From Mustelus asterias (lineage: Eukaryota): 64,000 nucleotides of DNA. Below, one piece after another: positions 26,676-39,612 of the stretch; position 1 is the stretch's first letter; every line of letters begins with the position of its first letter. Position numbers and translations under genes: made by a program. The stretch spans positions 124,001 through 188,000 of the forward strand of contig NW_027590479.1 of assembly GCF_964213995.1 (NCBI RefSeq). Direction: 5' to 3'. The notes below the pieces were generated by a model. The model worked only from the letters and a program-made list of their open reading frames with translations. It did no database searches and had not been told where the DNA came from.

Positions 26676-27031
26676 CCATAAGACCATAAGACCATAAGAC
26701 ATAGGAGCGGAAGTAAGGCCATTCGGCCCATCGAGTCCACTCCACCATTCAATCATGGTTGATTTCAACTCCATTTACCCGCTCTCTCCCCATAGCCCTT
26801 AATTCCTCGAGAAATCAAGAATTTATCAATTTCTGTCTTGAAGACGCTCAACGTCTCGGCCTCCACAGCCCTCTGTGGCAATGAATTCCACAGACCCACC
26901 ACTCTCTGGCTGAAGAAATTTCTCCTCATCTCTGTTCTAAAGTGACTCCCTTTTATTCTAAGGCTGTGCCCCCGCGTCCTAGTCTCCCCTGTTAATGGAA
27001 ACAACTTCCCTACGTCCATCCTATCTAAGCC
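26676..27031 (-). mobile_element. Young CR1 3' fragment
   Basis: TRTRGHSLRI..RRNFFSQRVVGLWNSLP; (ccataaga)n tail. Confidence 0.85.
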
Positions 27032-27204
27032 GGTATGTTTCCATTCACTGAGAGAAATCTACCACATATCGGTCGCACTGCACCATGGAGATAGAGGAAG
27101 TGAGGTAAGAGCACCCTGAGACACGACAGTAGATTGTTGAGGGTGGGGTTTGGAACCGGAGTTTAAGCATACCCTACTCTCATTTTACAGAGCAGACAGC
27201 GACA

Positions 27205-27667
27205 ATGATCTGCATCTGGGTTTTGTGGGGTGCATTTCTCGCAGGTAATTTTGAATGTAATGCATTTCATATCTTTATCATTTCCCAAACATGGGTAAAT
27301 TAAATATCAAATAACCACAGTTCATATATTTTCCTGTTTGAATATGTTTTCTTTCCAGATCTATGTCATGCCAATTCTGTCAATCAGATATTCTCCTCGG
27401 TTACAAAGACAGAAGGAGAAGCGGTGTCATTACCCTGTAGCTATGAAACTACGAGGAACAGTTATAGATTATTCTGGTATAGGCAAAACTCAGATACACA
27501 GCTATCGTATACACTGAGGAAGGACAGCGATGGCGATGAATTTAAAGCTGATTTTGCAGAAAATCGTTTCTCTGCAGATCTCCAGACCTCGAAGAAATCC
27601 ATCAATTTAATCATCTCGGGTCTTCAGTTGACAGACGCTGCCGTGTATTATTGCGCTTTCTGGGACT
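27205..27667 (+). CDS. Intact TCR alpha/delta-type V gene (leader 27205-27244, V exon 27359-27667)
   Basis: MICIWVLWGAFLA / DLCHANSVNQ...LPCSY...WYRQ...DAAVYYCAFWD; canonical splice sites, open frame. Confidence 0.9.
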
Positions 27668-27706
27668 CACAGTGATAGAAAGCAGGCTCAACCCTGTACA
27701 AAAACT
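27668..27706 (+). other. 23-RSS
   Basis: cacagtg-23 bp-acaaaaact. Confidence 0.95.
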
Positions 27707-29237
27707 TCGACAACTGCTGCAGTTGGTAGCTCTGGTCCGCTGGAGGATGTGGGGAATCTCTGTTAGATTCAGTCACAATGTGCTTTGTGATGTCAGCCCC
27801 TCAAACAAACGACTACAGGAAACCAAATTAACCTCGGATCAAACTGCCAGTCAACAGTTTCCAGGGGTGAGAGAGAAAGCAAAACTATTGATTCCAATCA
27901 GGCCGAGACGCAACACAGTACCGTGTTTGAAGAGGGCCGCTCTCATCGCCAAACTCAATGATCTGCTGTTGTGTGAGAACTGTTGGTATCAGACGGATTT
28001 CATTGATTTAAACATTGCAAATTGAGTTACAATATAATTACAGGGGAGCGGCAGTGATGATGTTCGGCTAAAGTGTGGGAATGAAAGTCTGACCTCTTTA
28101 TTACCACGAATAAAACAAAACGATTGTAAATTTAAAATATTCCAGTATTTGGTAGACATCCTGAAAAACATTGGACTTTGAGGGTGGTCAATTCTTGAGT
28201 CCGTTTTGATGACCACAATCCCTAACTTGTGAGATATGTTGATTCTGTATGCACAGTGCCTGATACAAGAACAATCTCTGATCAAATATACACTGTCAAC
28301 TGTCCGCAGTGACAGACTAAACAAAACGGTGTGGGGAGATGAGATTACATTGCATTACATGGCAGGCATTCGAAGTAAGGACATCAAAGGACAAAGAGTC
28401 ATTTGCAATGTCACAAGTGTATTTATGAAGTTTCTGAATAGAGGTCAAAATCAAACAATCTAAATCCACAAGTGCTCGCCTCCTTTTTTGACTCATTGCT
28501 GTACTTTGCGCTCACTTCCTCTCACGATGGAAGCTGGATAGTTTTTTATATATTCATGCGTGAGATATGGGCGTCCCTGGCTGGCTAGCATTTATTACCC
28601 ATCCAGAGTTGACAGAGGGCAGTTGAGAGTCAGCCACATAATTGTGGCTCTGGAGTCACACGTAGGCCAGACCGGGTAAGGGCGGTAAATTTTCTTCCCT
28701 AAAAAAACATTAGTGAACCAAATGAGTCTTTCCGACAATTAACAATGGTTTCTTCAGTCGATTCTTAATTCCAGATTATTAAAATTGTACTCAGATTACA
28801 CCATCTGAGGTGGAGGAATTGGAACTCAGGTCCCCAAGACATGAGCTGAGTTTCTGGATTGATAGTCTCGCGATAATACCTCTAGGCCATTGCCTCCGCA
28901 GCAATATAAATGTTACTGAGCGGTGTGATATATCTGCGATATCTCTGCGATATGTCTGGTGGACACTCTCTGCAAATCCCATGATGAGTTTTATCCGGGT
29001 GCTCTTGTCACTACAGCAGGGTGGCGCTCATTCTGTATCATTACACATTGTCCAAATTGTCCCAAACCAACGCTTTGAAAATTTGCAATTCAAGGTAAGT
29101 TGAGAAATCACGTTGAAATAAACCATTTTCTTCTTGAAATAAGTGGCATGGGCTCTCAGTCGAACAAAAAGAACCTGCAGCAACACGGCGCAATTGAACA
29201 TTGCAGAGAGGCAAGTTAATGCAGAGCGCTGTTAACT

Positions 29238-29310
29238 GCTTCGAGAGTGTCGTGATTATCACGTTCACCTCACACGAGAAAAGTATCTGGTTCAAAACCG
29301 AGCAGAAACA
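29238..29310 (+). pseudogene. tRNA-Val(CAC) pseudogene
   Basis: 73-nt colinear match to vertebrate tRNA-Val (ttatcacgttc.cctcacacg...ggttc.aaaccg.gc.gaaaca) with broken stems. Confidence 0.8.
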
Positions 29311-30217
29311 CTGTTGAATCCTTCTCGTTAAGCGTGAGGAAAGTTTGCATGATTAAGTTCATTTCTCAACATTATCCGAATCTCGATGTTGCATTAACTC
29401 AAATGCTTTTATGATAATCAGAAATGCTTTATTTTAGGATGCAATGGCAGGAACTAAACGTTTGTATTGTTTGTTGATATATTCGCAACTCGTTCAGTCC
29501 ACAACAGAATTTAATGGGTTTATAGGTGCAGACTAATATATTTAATCATCATCTGAAACATGTCTAATAGTATTACGTGCTCATAAAGATAGACACAAGT
29601 GATACTGTAAATGAACGAGAGGAAATGGCGCACGTTTCCGAGAAGCATCTTTTTAAAATTGTACTTCATGATCAAGAACTTGGAAAAACGACTCAGACAG
29701 ATGAGGGAATCGAGAATCAGTGCAGACTTGCTCGACTTCCTATAGATGAACGAGATTTAGACGCCAGAATGTTTCACACACAGAATAAAGAGGGATCAAG
29801 TACAACTAACAAATCATCACTAAATCTCTTCCCTTGAAAGACACGTGATTTTGTTTAAAAGATGATTGTGGTCAATCTCAAATAAGCACCATGACATATG
29901 TATTACCCAGTGATGCGATTTCTTTTGTTGGACAGTCAAATTGGCAATTCAATGTTGTATATCTCAGAGATATTGAATAGAGAATGAGGACGCCTGTGTT
30001 AAATAAATGTATTGATATTAAATGTCGAATAACGACAACTGCTGGATATAACTTGTTGAAATTATTCAACGAAGATGAGAATTATGCATTAATGGTTGAT
30101 TAGAAATTATTGCTCCCATAGACATTTGCCGGACGAACGCTTTTTAGTTTTGAAGTACAAGATAATATGAGACTTAAAGTTGGAAGTAACGGATGTGTTC
30201 TTGCATTAAGTGACATA

Positions 30218-30548
30218 CATAGAAACTCTACAGTGCAGAAAGAGGCCGTTTGGCCCATCGAGTCTGCAGCGACCACAATCCCACCCAGGCCCTACCCCAT
30301 ATCCCACCCGCTAATCCCCCTAACCTACACATCTCAGGACACTAAGGGGCAACTTGTTTTTTAGCATGGCCAATCAACCTAACCCGCACATCTTTGGACT
30401 GTGGGAGGAAACCGGAGCACCCGGAGGAAACCCACGCAGGCACGAGGAGAATGTGCAAACTCCACACAGACAGTGACCCAAGCCGTGAATCGAACCCAGA
30501 TCGCTGGAGCTGTGAAGCAGCAGTGCTAACCATTGTGCTACCGTGCCG
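30218..30548 (-). mobile_element. HE1-like V-SINE
   Basis: Complete SINE sequence. Confidence 0.9.
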
Positions 30549-30640
30549 ACATGGCTCTCAATCTAATCATTGGAACCTGCAGCAACACAGTGGAGTTGAA
30601 CATTGTAGTCAGGCCAATTGGCGGCGCTATGCTGCTATTT

Positions 30641-30713
30641 CTTGATGTAGTGTCATGGTTACCACGTTCGCGGAACACGTGAAGGGTTCCTGGTTCGAAG
30701 TCGGGCAGGCACA
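30641..30713 (+). pseudogene. tRNA-Val(AAC) pseudogene
   Basis: 73-nt match (gtagtgt..tggtta.cacgttcgc..aacacg.gaa.gg...ggttcgaa..cgggc); shares downstream flank with the 29238 copy. Confidence 0.75.
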
Positions 30714-30989
30714 CTTCTCGATCTTTCTCATTAAGAGTGTGTGAAGTCTGCATGACCTAAGTCCATCGCTCAACATTATGGGAATCTCGATGTTCCATCA
30801 ACTCAAATGCGTTTCGGAAAATTAGATCCCAGATCAACTCAAATGCTTATAGGAAAATTAGAAATGTTGTATTTTAGGAGGCAATGGCAGGAAATAAATG
30901 GTTGTAGTGATTGTACACATATTCGCAACTCGTTCAGTCTACAACAGAAATTAATGGGTTTATAGATGTAGACTAACATGTTAATCGCG

Positions 30990-31315
30990 ATAGAATCACA
31001 GAGTCATAGAGAGTCATCGAGGTTCACAGCATGAAAACAGGCCCTTCGGCCCAACTTGTCCATGCCGCCCCTTTTTCTAACTCCTAAGCTAGTCCCAATT
31101 GCACGCGTTTAGCCTATATCCCTCTGTACCCATCTTACCTATGTAACTGTCCGAATGCGTTTTGAAAGACAAAATTGTTCCCTCCTCTTCTACTACCTCT
31201 GTCAGCTTGTTCCAGACACTCACCACTCTGTGCGAAAAAAATGTCCCTCTCGACCCTTTTGTATTTCTCCCCTCTCACTTTAAGACGATGCCCTCTAGTT
31301 TTAGACTGCCCTACC
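30990..31315 (-). mobile_element. CR1 3' fragment
   Basis: Same family as the fragments at 9330, 16510 and 49990. Confidence 0.8.
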
Positions 31316-32943
31316 ACACACAAATAAAGAGTGATCGAGTATAACAAACAGATCATTCTGAAATCTCTTCCCTTTTAAGATATTTGATTTCATTGAAAAA
31401 CTGACTGGTCAATATCAAATAAGCATCATGGTATTACTCAGTGACTCGAATTCATTTGTCGGTCAGTCATGTTTCCATTTCAATGTTGTATATTTCAGAG
31501 ATATTCAATTCAGAATGAGGACATCGTGTTAATTAAATGTATAGATATTAAATGTTGAATATAAAACAAATACTGGAAAGAGCTGGTTGAAATTATTCAA
31601 CGGAAGAGGAGAATGATGTATTAATGACTGAGCATATTCTATGATTCTATGATTTACAGGAGAAATCATTGCTCCCTTAGACATTTTCTGGATGAACGCC
31701 TTTAAATTTTGAAATCCTAGATAAGTTGAGGAATCACGTTGAAAATAACGGTTGTCTTCTTGTATTGCGGTACATGGACTCTGAAAGACACATGAATTGC
31801 AGAATCACAACCGCGGTAGGGAACAATATGGAGAAAATGTGGAGGGGGTGAGGGCGATGGAGGAGGAACATTTTTCCGGTTGGATGTTTCTTTTTATTCA
31901 ATAGCGAGATATGGGTGTAGCTGGTTGTGTCAGCAATATTACCCATCACTTATTGGTTCTTGAGAAGGTGGTGGTAATCTACCTTCTTGAACTGCTGCTG
32001 TCTATTGGTTTCCGCGCATCCATAGAGCTGTTGGGGGTGGAGGGTGGCGGGGGCGGGGGGAGGGAGGGGTTCGTTATTCCAGGACCATGTCCCAGTGACA
32101 GTGAAGGTTCAGCGATATATTTCCAAGTCAGTGTGTTGATTGGCTTGGAGGGGAACTTCCAGATGGTAGCGGTCTTGGGTTTGAAAGCTGCTCTCTAAGA
32201 TGCATTTGGTGAGTTCATGCATCATCCAGACAAGTGGAGAATATTTCATCACACTCTTGACCTGTGCCTTGTAAATGGTGGACAGGTTTTAGGGACTCAG
32301 GAGGTGACTTCCTCACCGCAGGATTCCTAGCCTCGGACCTGCTCGTGTAGCCACTGCACGAACTGATAAAATGTGTGCTGAGCGACAATATGAGCATTTC
32401 TTTTCGTGCTCAGTGTGGAGTGGATTTTCAGCACTTTTCTTTTTTTTTCTGAATGCATCTTGAGGCATATGTAACAGCTAATGCCATGCGCTTGTAAAAT
32501 ATTCTTTTCAAGTAATATTCATTAAGAAGTCCCACAACACGAGCTTAATGTCCAACAGATTTATTTGGAATCAGTACCTGATGAAGGTGGAGTGCTCCGA
32601 AAGCTCGAAATTCCAAATAAACGTGATGGACTTTAACCTGATGTGAGACTTCTTACTTTGCCCACCCCAGTCCAATGCCGGGCATCTCCACCTCAAATGA
32701 TATTCGACAATTGGTCCAGTGAGGGGATTGGTTAGTGGTTGGGCAGTGTTATTGTCTTTAATTGCAACACGGCAGATTAACTCAGCAACTCAATTCAAGG
32801 GCAATTAGGAATGACTGTAAATGAATAAAGAAAATCACAATGATGGAGCCTATCGTCAGAAGTAAACAAATAATTTTGACAAAGCTTCTGCCGTATTCTG
32901 AAGCGTCGACCCAATATGGAACAACTACTACAAGCTTGCACAC

Positions 32944-33016
32944 GGGCTAGTGGCGCATTGGCTAACGCGTTCGACTATGGAACAAATGGTTCCAGTTTCG
33001 ACTTCTGGCTTGCTCG
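32944..33016 (+). pseudogene. tRNA-Arg(ACG) pseudogene; anticodon now reads ATG
   Basis: gggctagtggcgcattggctaacgcg...ttcgacttctggcttgctcg is colinear over 73 nt with vertebrate tRNA-Arg-ACG. Confidence 0.8.
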
Positions 33017-33088
33017 GTGCAACTTTTAAAAAAGTTCACAAGTTCCATGTTACTTTTGATGACTGTCTTTAGTAACTTTAGATTGACG

Positions 33089-33431
33089 AGGCGGCACAGT
33101 AGCACAGTGGTTAGCACTGCTGCTTCACAGCTCACGGGTCCCGGGTTCGATTCCCGGCTCGGGTCACTGCCTGTGTGGAGTTTGCACATTTTCCTCGTGT
33201 CTGCGTAGGTTTCCTCCGGGTGCTCCGGTTTCCTCCCACAGTCCAAAGATGTGCGGGTTAGGTTGATTGGCCAGGTTAAAAACTTGCCCCTTAGAGTCCT
33301 GGGATGCACACGTTAGAGGGATTAGCGGGTAAAATATGTGGGGGTAGGGCCTGGGTGGGATTGTGGTCGGTGCAGACTCGATGGGCCGAATGGCCTCCTT
33401 CTGCACTGTAGGGTTTCTATGATTCTATGAC
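33089..33431 (+). mobile_element. HE1-like V-SINE
   Basis: Complete SINE sequence. Confidence 0.9.
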
Positions 33432-36400
33432 TCAGATAAATGCTGACGAACTTCAGTTTGCTTCTCTGGAGCGATTTATCTTAGGAAATTGTTTTTCAAC
33501 AGAAACCGACTATTTAAAGTTAAATTCTACTGAAAGATTAGCCTTATTCATATTTAAACGAGTTTTTTAACGAACTTTTGCTATATTGTCTGGAAAACAT
33601 TTTGATACGTTTAAACTATTTTTTAAAAGGTTGGAGCCGTCTAGAGATGGTATGGAGAAGTTATTTTGGAAAATGTTGAAACTAGTTTCCAAAAAGTTGA
33701 CAAACACTTGTCAAATTCTAGGGAAGAATTTATTTCAAGTCTGTTTAGTGCTAAGAAGTTCACAAGATATTTCAGTTCGATAGCAGTTTTTCAAAAGTTG
33801 ACCAATTCTAGTGAAACCCCATGGAGAAATATCTGTGAATAAGTTTCGTTTTGAAACGTTCACAAATTAGCCAGGAGGTCGAGGTGCTGTAATTGTTCTC
33901 CAATGAAGGGGAGGAGATTGAGGATTGAGGTAATCCAGGTGGATGAGATTAGGACAGGTTTTGCTCAGGTCGATAAAGAAAAGATGTTCCCATTAGCTGG
34001 TGGTGCTAAGAGAAGATAGGCTGGGGGTATGGAAGGGGGCATTTTTTTTCAGATTATGGGCAATGGAGGAGGTGAAGGCGATGGAGGAGGAACATTTTTC
34101 CACAGTGAGCACTAAGCATCCAGAACACTTTGCCTACGAGAGTGGTGGACGGGGCTCTTTTAGATAAATAGAAATTCTGAGGCCGGAAGGTTGACCTCTT
34201 GAGAAAGAAAATGCATCTCCAGGAACACTATGGGGCAGCTAAATGGAACTCCTCGATTCAATTTAACCTGTAAAGGCACCACTGCTGTGGTGTTTGTTAA
34301 GAACCTCGCTGATGTTAAATGTGAGGGTACCCCAAAGTAAAGAACGATTAATTGGAACACCAATTTTTAATTGTGGAAATTTTCAATTTGACATAATGTA
34401 TATCAAAAAGGAAATGAATGAGACATGGCCCAGCCTTGTTGCAAATAATTAATAATAGATAGTTATTAAATTTAAGGCAGGCACACAGCAAGAAAGACAC
34501 TTCAGCATGGCCCTTAACTTCAATAATGGCTGCAGACACAAAGTATCTCATGAGGTTGACCCCTTTTCCCAGCTGTCCAGGTTCCTGACCTCAGAGAACT
34601 GCCCCTCTCCCTAACATCATTCGAAATTAGATAATGCAGATTATAGTGACTACCCACGGGTTATTTTCCAATTTGAGAAAACCTTCTTCAGTCCAGCATA
34701 GCGGTTCCTCTCTGTTAATTATTTTTAAACGGCAGTACATTGCCTTTTTGCAGAGCCTGCTTTCTCCTGCTGGCTATGGCTTTTGTAGTCGCTATTCCTC
34801 TCCTCCTGTACTCAGCTCCCATGGCTATAGTTTCCATTCCTTTTGATGTCATGCTATCTTAATTACACCTCTTCATATCAATCCATGGTGAATCACGTAC
34901 ACATTTGTTTTCCTGCTGCTTTACTAATTCGCATATCAAAAACCCCTTCAGACAGATGCACTTTTTAAAATCCAATTCTTCAATTTGTTTTATCCAAAGT
35001 TGAATTTAAATATTTATATTTATAAATCTTGTAATGTTCTGGGTCGAAAGTTGGGGGTGGCCTCCATTCTGAACTGGAGAGGCAGGCCAAGGCCTTGTTC
35101 AGGGGAATCCTGACATCTGTACGCCACGTTCTTCGGGCCTGGGTGAAAGATTTTGGTCGGAATTCCGCTGCGAACGAGAGCGGAGAAATTGGTGCTCAGC
35201 CAAATCTACGTTTACTGCAGCGGGACCGGAGAAATCCAGCTGTGGTCGAGAAACTCGTGTCATAGCATTCTGCGTCCACCTGGTGGCAGTTCGATCACAG
35301 CTATGTTTTCAGACTGTAGACCTTTTCCATAGCAATGATTTTTAAAGGAGGTCCTCTCCCAGCTTTTGCTCCACTCGGCAATGTCTCTCGTCACTTTGCA
35401 CCAGATTGTATTTCTGTTCAAATTGCAGGAAGTCCTCTTTTATTTTGACATGTGAGTAGGCTTCTGATGATAACAACCAGATCCTGCCTCATATAACACT
35501 TCATTGGATCATACTTGTGCTTAACTGACAGTTTGTGTCTGTTGTAAACAATAAAATATATCTTTACATTTTATTATATGTCCTAGCTAATTAATATTAC
35601 GCTGGACGTTCTCCCTGCCCACGTGTCCTGAGGCCATTGCCTGATTTCATATTACACTCGACAACTTTCCGTTCATACTGTATGGTATCACTCCATGTCT
35701 CGATGTAAAGTCAGTTCATCCCTTTTTCATGCATTCCGCTCAACTGTGCCCCTGTTTGTATTAGAGAAGAATCGGCATCGATAGAACACATCTCTGTCAA
35801 TGTTACAGTTGGCTAGTTCTTTGATATAAATGCACTGAATTATGCAACGGATTTATTACACTTCGACTTGATTCATTGCTCTCCCTGTGTTACCCTTCGG
35901 CCTGCATTAAACTTCGTGGACTATAACAAATTATTGCTCATAATGCCTGAGGCCATTCCCAACTGCTCCTGCACAAGATTCTCTACCTGCTCAGATCGCA
36001 CCCTGTTTATATCACACTATATGGTGTTATATCTATTGATGTTATACCGTTCAAATGTTTGTATTACAATCATCCTACCTCAGTTATTAATGCACGCAAA
36101 TTACCTCAATTTATATAACACTAAGACCCTGCCTCAGCTATGAGTGCACCAGAACATATATCAGTTTTTAAAAGACTCGGCCCTGCCTCTATTTCTACGA
36201 CAGTACAGCTTGTCTACATTTCTATTGTATTGGAACTGCTTATGTCATTTGCCGACTTGTCTGTTAACTCTGCACCATGTCTTCCTATCTGTGACTTATA
36301 TCGTTACTGTGTTGTATTGCTGTGCTCTGTTTCTAGCGTGGCAGCTGCTAATATTGTGCTTGGACATGGCTCACTTATTACAGCACAAGACAATGCCACT

Positions 36401-36734
36401 ACTTACGTTAGAACAAGGTGTATCTTGTCAATATTAGTCCCGTCCCTGTCGCAGTTATTACTGGAGTATACATGTCCGCGCCCCGAGTACACTAGACTCT
36501 GTATCAGTCGTTACTGCAGTGCAGAAAATATGTTTTCATCAGTTAGTGCTTTACTCGAATATGTTCCTGCTAAAATGTATTAGATATTGATTCAGTTTAC
36601 AATACACAAGGTCTGCCTTCATTATTGAAGCAAGTTACCTTGCATTTATTTATAAAACACTGGATTATTTGTCTGTTTATACGACTCTGCTTTCTGTGTC
36701 AACTGATACTGCACTAGAACATGACTTCAGCACG

Positions 36735-37053
36735 CACGGACTGCTGCTTCACAGCTCCAGGGTCCCGGGTTCGATTCCCGGCTCGGGTCACTGTCTGTGT
36801 GGAGTTTGCACATTCTCCTCATGTCTGCGTGGGTTTCCTCCGGGTGCTCCGGTTTCCTCCCACAGTCCAAAGATGTGCGGGTTAGGTTGATTGGCCAGGT
36901 TAAAAATTGCCCCTTAGAGTCCTGAGATGCATAGGTTAGAGGGATTAGTAGGTAAATATGTGGGGGTAGGGCCTGGGTGGGATTGTGGTCGGTGCAGACT
37001 CGATGGGCCGAATGGCCTCCTTCTGCACTGTAGGGTTTCTATGATTTCTATGA
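36735..37053 (+). mobile_element. HE1-like V-SINE, 5'-truncated
   Basis: SINE core and tail. Confidence 0.9.
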
Positions 37054-37516
37054 TATGTGATCTTTGTGTTCTAAATTGACGAGCGCTCACTGTGTGTTGC
37101 TTGTTTCTATCTTTCATTGAGCCATTACTGCTGTTTGTTCTGAAAAGCGTTTCGGAGCATCAGTGGAGCGATCGTGTCTCAAAGAAACAAAACTCAGTGT
37201 GGGCATGTGTACAAAAAGACTTGCACGTTAGATTCTGGAATATATTGGCAGCACTTTAGAAATAACACCTGTTCAACTTTTCCTGATGTCCTTTCAAATG
37301 GGTATAATAGAATATGTGAAGTCTTTGTTGATGTGAATTGTCAGTCTGTCCCCTATACTATGTAAATATTGAGATGTACTCTTTTCTCTATTGTATATAA
37401 TCCAGATGCCTCCTGTAATAGTTAGATTGTGATTGACTTTACTCATTTCCGAAGAGGGAGAGATATGCTCGTAATCAATAAAGCGGTTACCTAATGTTTT
37501 ACATCTTATTTTACAG

Positions 37517-37844
37517 GTAAAATCCAAGGGAATTTGGTTTCACAGTGTCAATCTAAGTTAAAAGTATCTGAGGGAGCTAATGTGCAATTGAACTCCAGTT
37601 CTGTTGATCCGATCGCTGCTGGTACCGGTTGTACCCGAACCAGCCACTCCAGTTTATATTGTATCGGGATAACACCAGGCGCAAGAACGCCGATTTTCCC
37701 AAAGGTAAATTCGATGCTCAACATTTCAGTCAATAACAGGTTTTCTTTTTGTCAGTTTTTGCATGGAGACTAAAGACAGCGCCCTCTGTTTCTGTGGATT
37801 GAGTATCATGATGGTTCAAACCGGCTGCGACCCGTACAAAAACC
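37517..37844 (+). pseudogene. TCR V pseudogene with degenerate RSS
   Basis: VSQ..SKLKVSEGANVQLN / WYRLYPNQPLQFILYRD / DSALCFC spread over shifted frames; nonamer acaaaaacc at 37836, heptamer decayed. Confidence 0.75.
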
Positions 37845-38954
37845 TTGACAAAAACACAACGAAGACAGGGGGATCAGCAAAGGCATCTTCCAACCTTGAA
37901 AAATAAAATCCCTCGTTTATATAATGATTAAGAAAACTAACAGTTTTGTTCTGACAAATTGTTGTCAAGGATTATAAACACCAGTTACGCTTAGTGAATA
38001 GAGAAACTGAATTTGTTCCCTTGGAAACGAGAAGTTTCACGTGAATTTAAAATGAAGTGTCAAAATTAATGAAAGGATTTTAAATACTATATGACGAGGA
38101 ATTATTTACATGGGCAGCAGGGACGACAATGAGAAGATACTGATTAAAGATAACCGGTCAATAGAAATGCTGGAGAAATTTATGATTATGTTCAAAGAGC
38201 GCCGTTATGATCTGCAAAACACTGCCTGAAAGACTGGTGGAAGCATATGCAGTGATAAATAATTGGGCGCATGTTGGAAAAAGACCAAAGTAGAGGACAA
38301 AGGATATGTATCTGATCTGAAGGAATAGCTCTTGCAGACTAGAAGTACAAGCAACTTAGCCGAATGCCTTCCTTCTGTGTCGTTTTATCCAGTGATTCGA
38401 TAAATCATATCCAATCCTAACTCCGGCATAAACAACCGTTCCTGCTGCTGTCTCTCGTTCAAAATCCTAAAAGTGCCTCCAGAATCACAGTTGAAAGCAC
38501 CTTCAACATTCACACTGGCGTGGTACTCAGGATGAGACCACAACGTAATTATGTGAGGTTCGCGATGGACAATAAATTGTGGTCTTGCTATAATCGACGA
38601 CAACTCGAGAAGAGAAAGAACCAAACAAAAATATATAGCACCTTATGAGAATCAGCACATAATTTCTTCCTCGCTTTGCATAATTCATTCTTTCATTTTT
38701 ATTCGTGTCTTGTCTGCTCTATTTCAGGCCGGTTGCCTCTCTGCCAGTTTCTCTCATTTTCATTTCTTTGCATCTATAATGAAGTTCAATGACAGATTAC
38801 ATGGCCAAATGTTATATTTTCTGAAAAAGTAGCGTGAGGAGGGAAGGGGCGAGGCTGAATTCCAAACACAAGCCCTGCCCAGAGCAGTTAAGCAGTCAGA
38901 TGGTGTAACAGGAGCGAGAGAGAATATATCTGGCCAGTCAGCACTCTTGTTAAC

Positions 38955-39612
38955 ATGCTGCTACCCAGTTACCGCATTGCTAGTTTATATTGGTAAACGA
39001 TTTCCCGAGGCTCTTCCTCTCCTTCTGTTTTAGCTTTCTGTACAACAGTCGCTTAATTTAAAGGATTGCAATAGTAAATATATCCATATCTTCACACATG
39101 CGATTCAAGGAGATCACTGGCCAAGAAATAATGGTGTTCTTCTGTTTTTGTCATCTGGTTATATTGTGGCTGTTGTTCGGTATGTAACACCATCACTTCT
39201 TATCTGCTGGCAGTATTGTGATGTTAATGGACTCGCCGCTCAGTGTTACGTTAAAGCTTTCCTTATACTTTATACAGGGCTGGTTCAAGCAGATTCTCTG
39301 TCGCAACCTCAGACTGAACTGTATATTACTGAAGGAGATAGAATGAAAATGGCCTGCAGCTACACGACAAGTCACAGGTATCCCTTTCTTCATTGGTACA
39401 GACAGCAGAGTGACAAGGCTCCGCATTTTATTTTGTACCGAGATAGAAGCAACAGAAGAGACGCAGGTTTTGCCACGGGAAAATTCGAGGCCGACCAGAC
39501 GAATGCAGAAAATAATTTTCCTTTAACGATTACTCGAGCAGAAATCCAAGATATCGCTGTCTATTTCTGCGTGTAGAGAGACACAGAGGTCATTTATCGC
39601 TGTACAAAACCT
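38955..39612 (+). pseudogene. TCR V pseudogene (frameshifted leader 38955-38992, V exon 39278-39581, short-spacer RSS)
   Basis: ADSLSQPQ...MACSY...WYRQ...DIAVYFCV*; cacagag-15 bp-acaaaacct. Confidence 0.85.

Noticed and set aside
29238-33016. Functional tRNA genes
   Set aside because: Multiple stem mismatches and altered boxes; treated as pseudogenes
35868-36720. ORFs of 91-147 aa in a weakly repetitive region
   Set aside because: No recognisable domain or splice structure; probably decayed repeat
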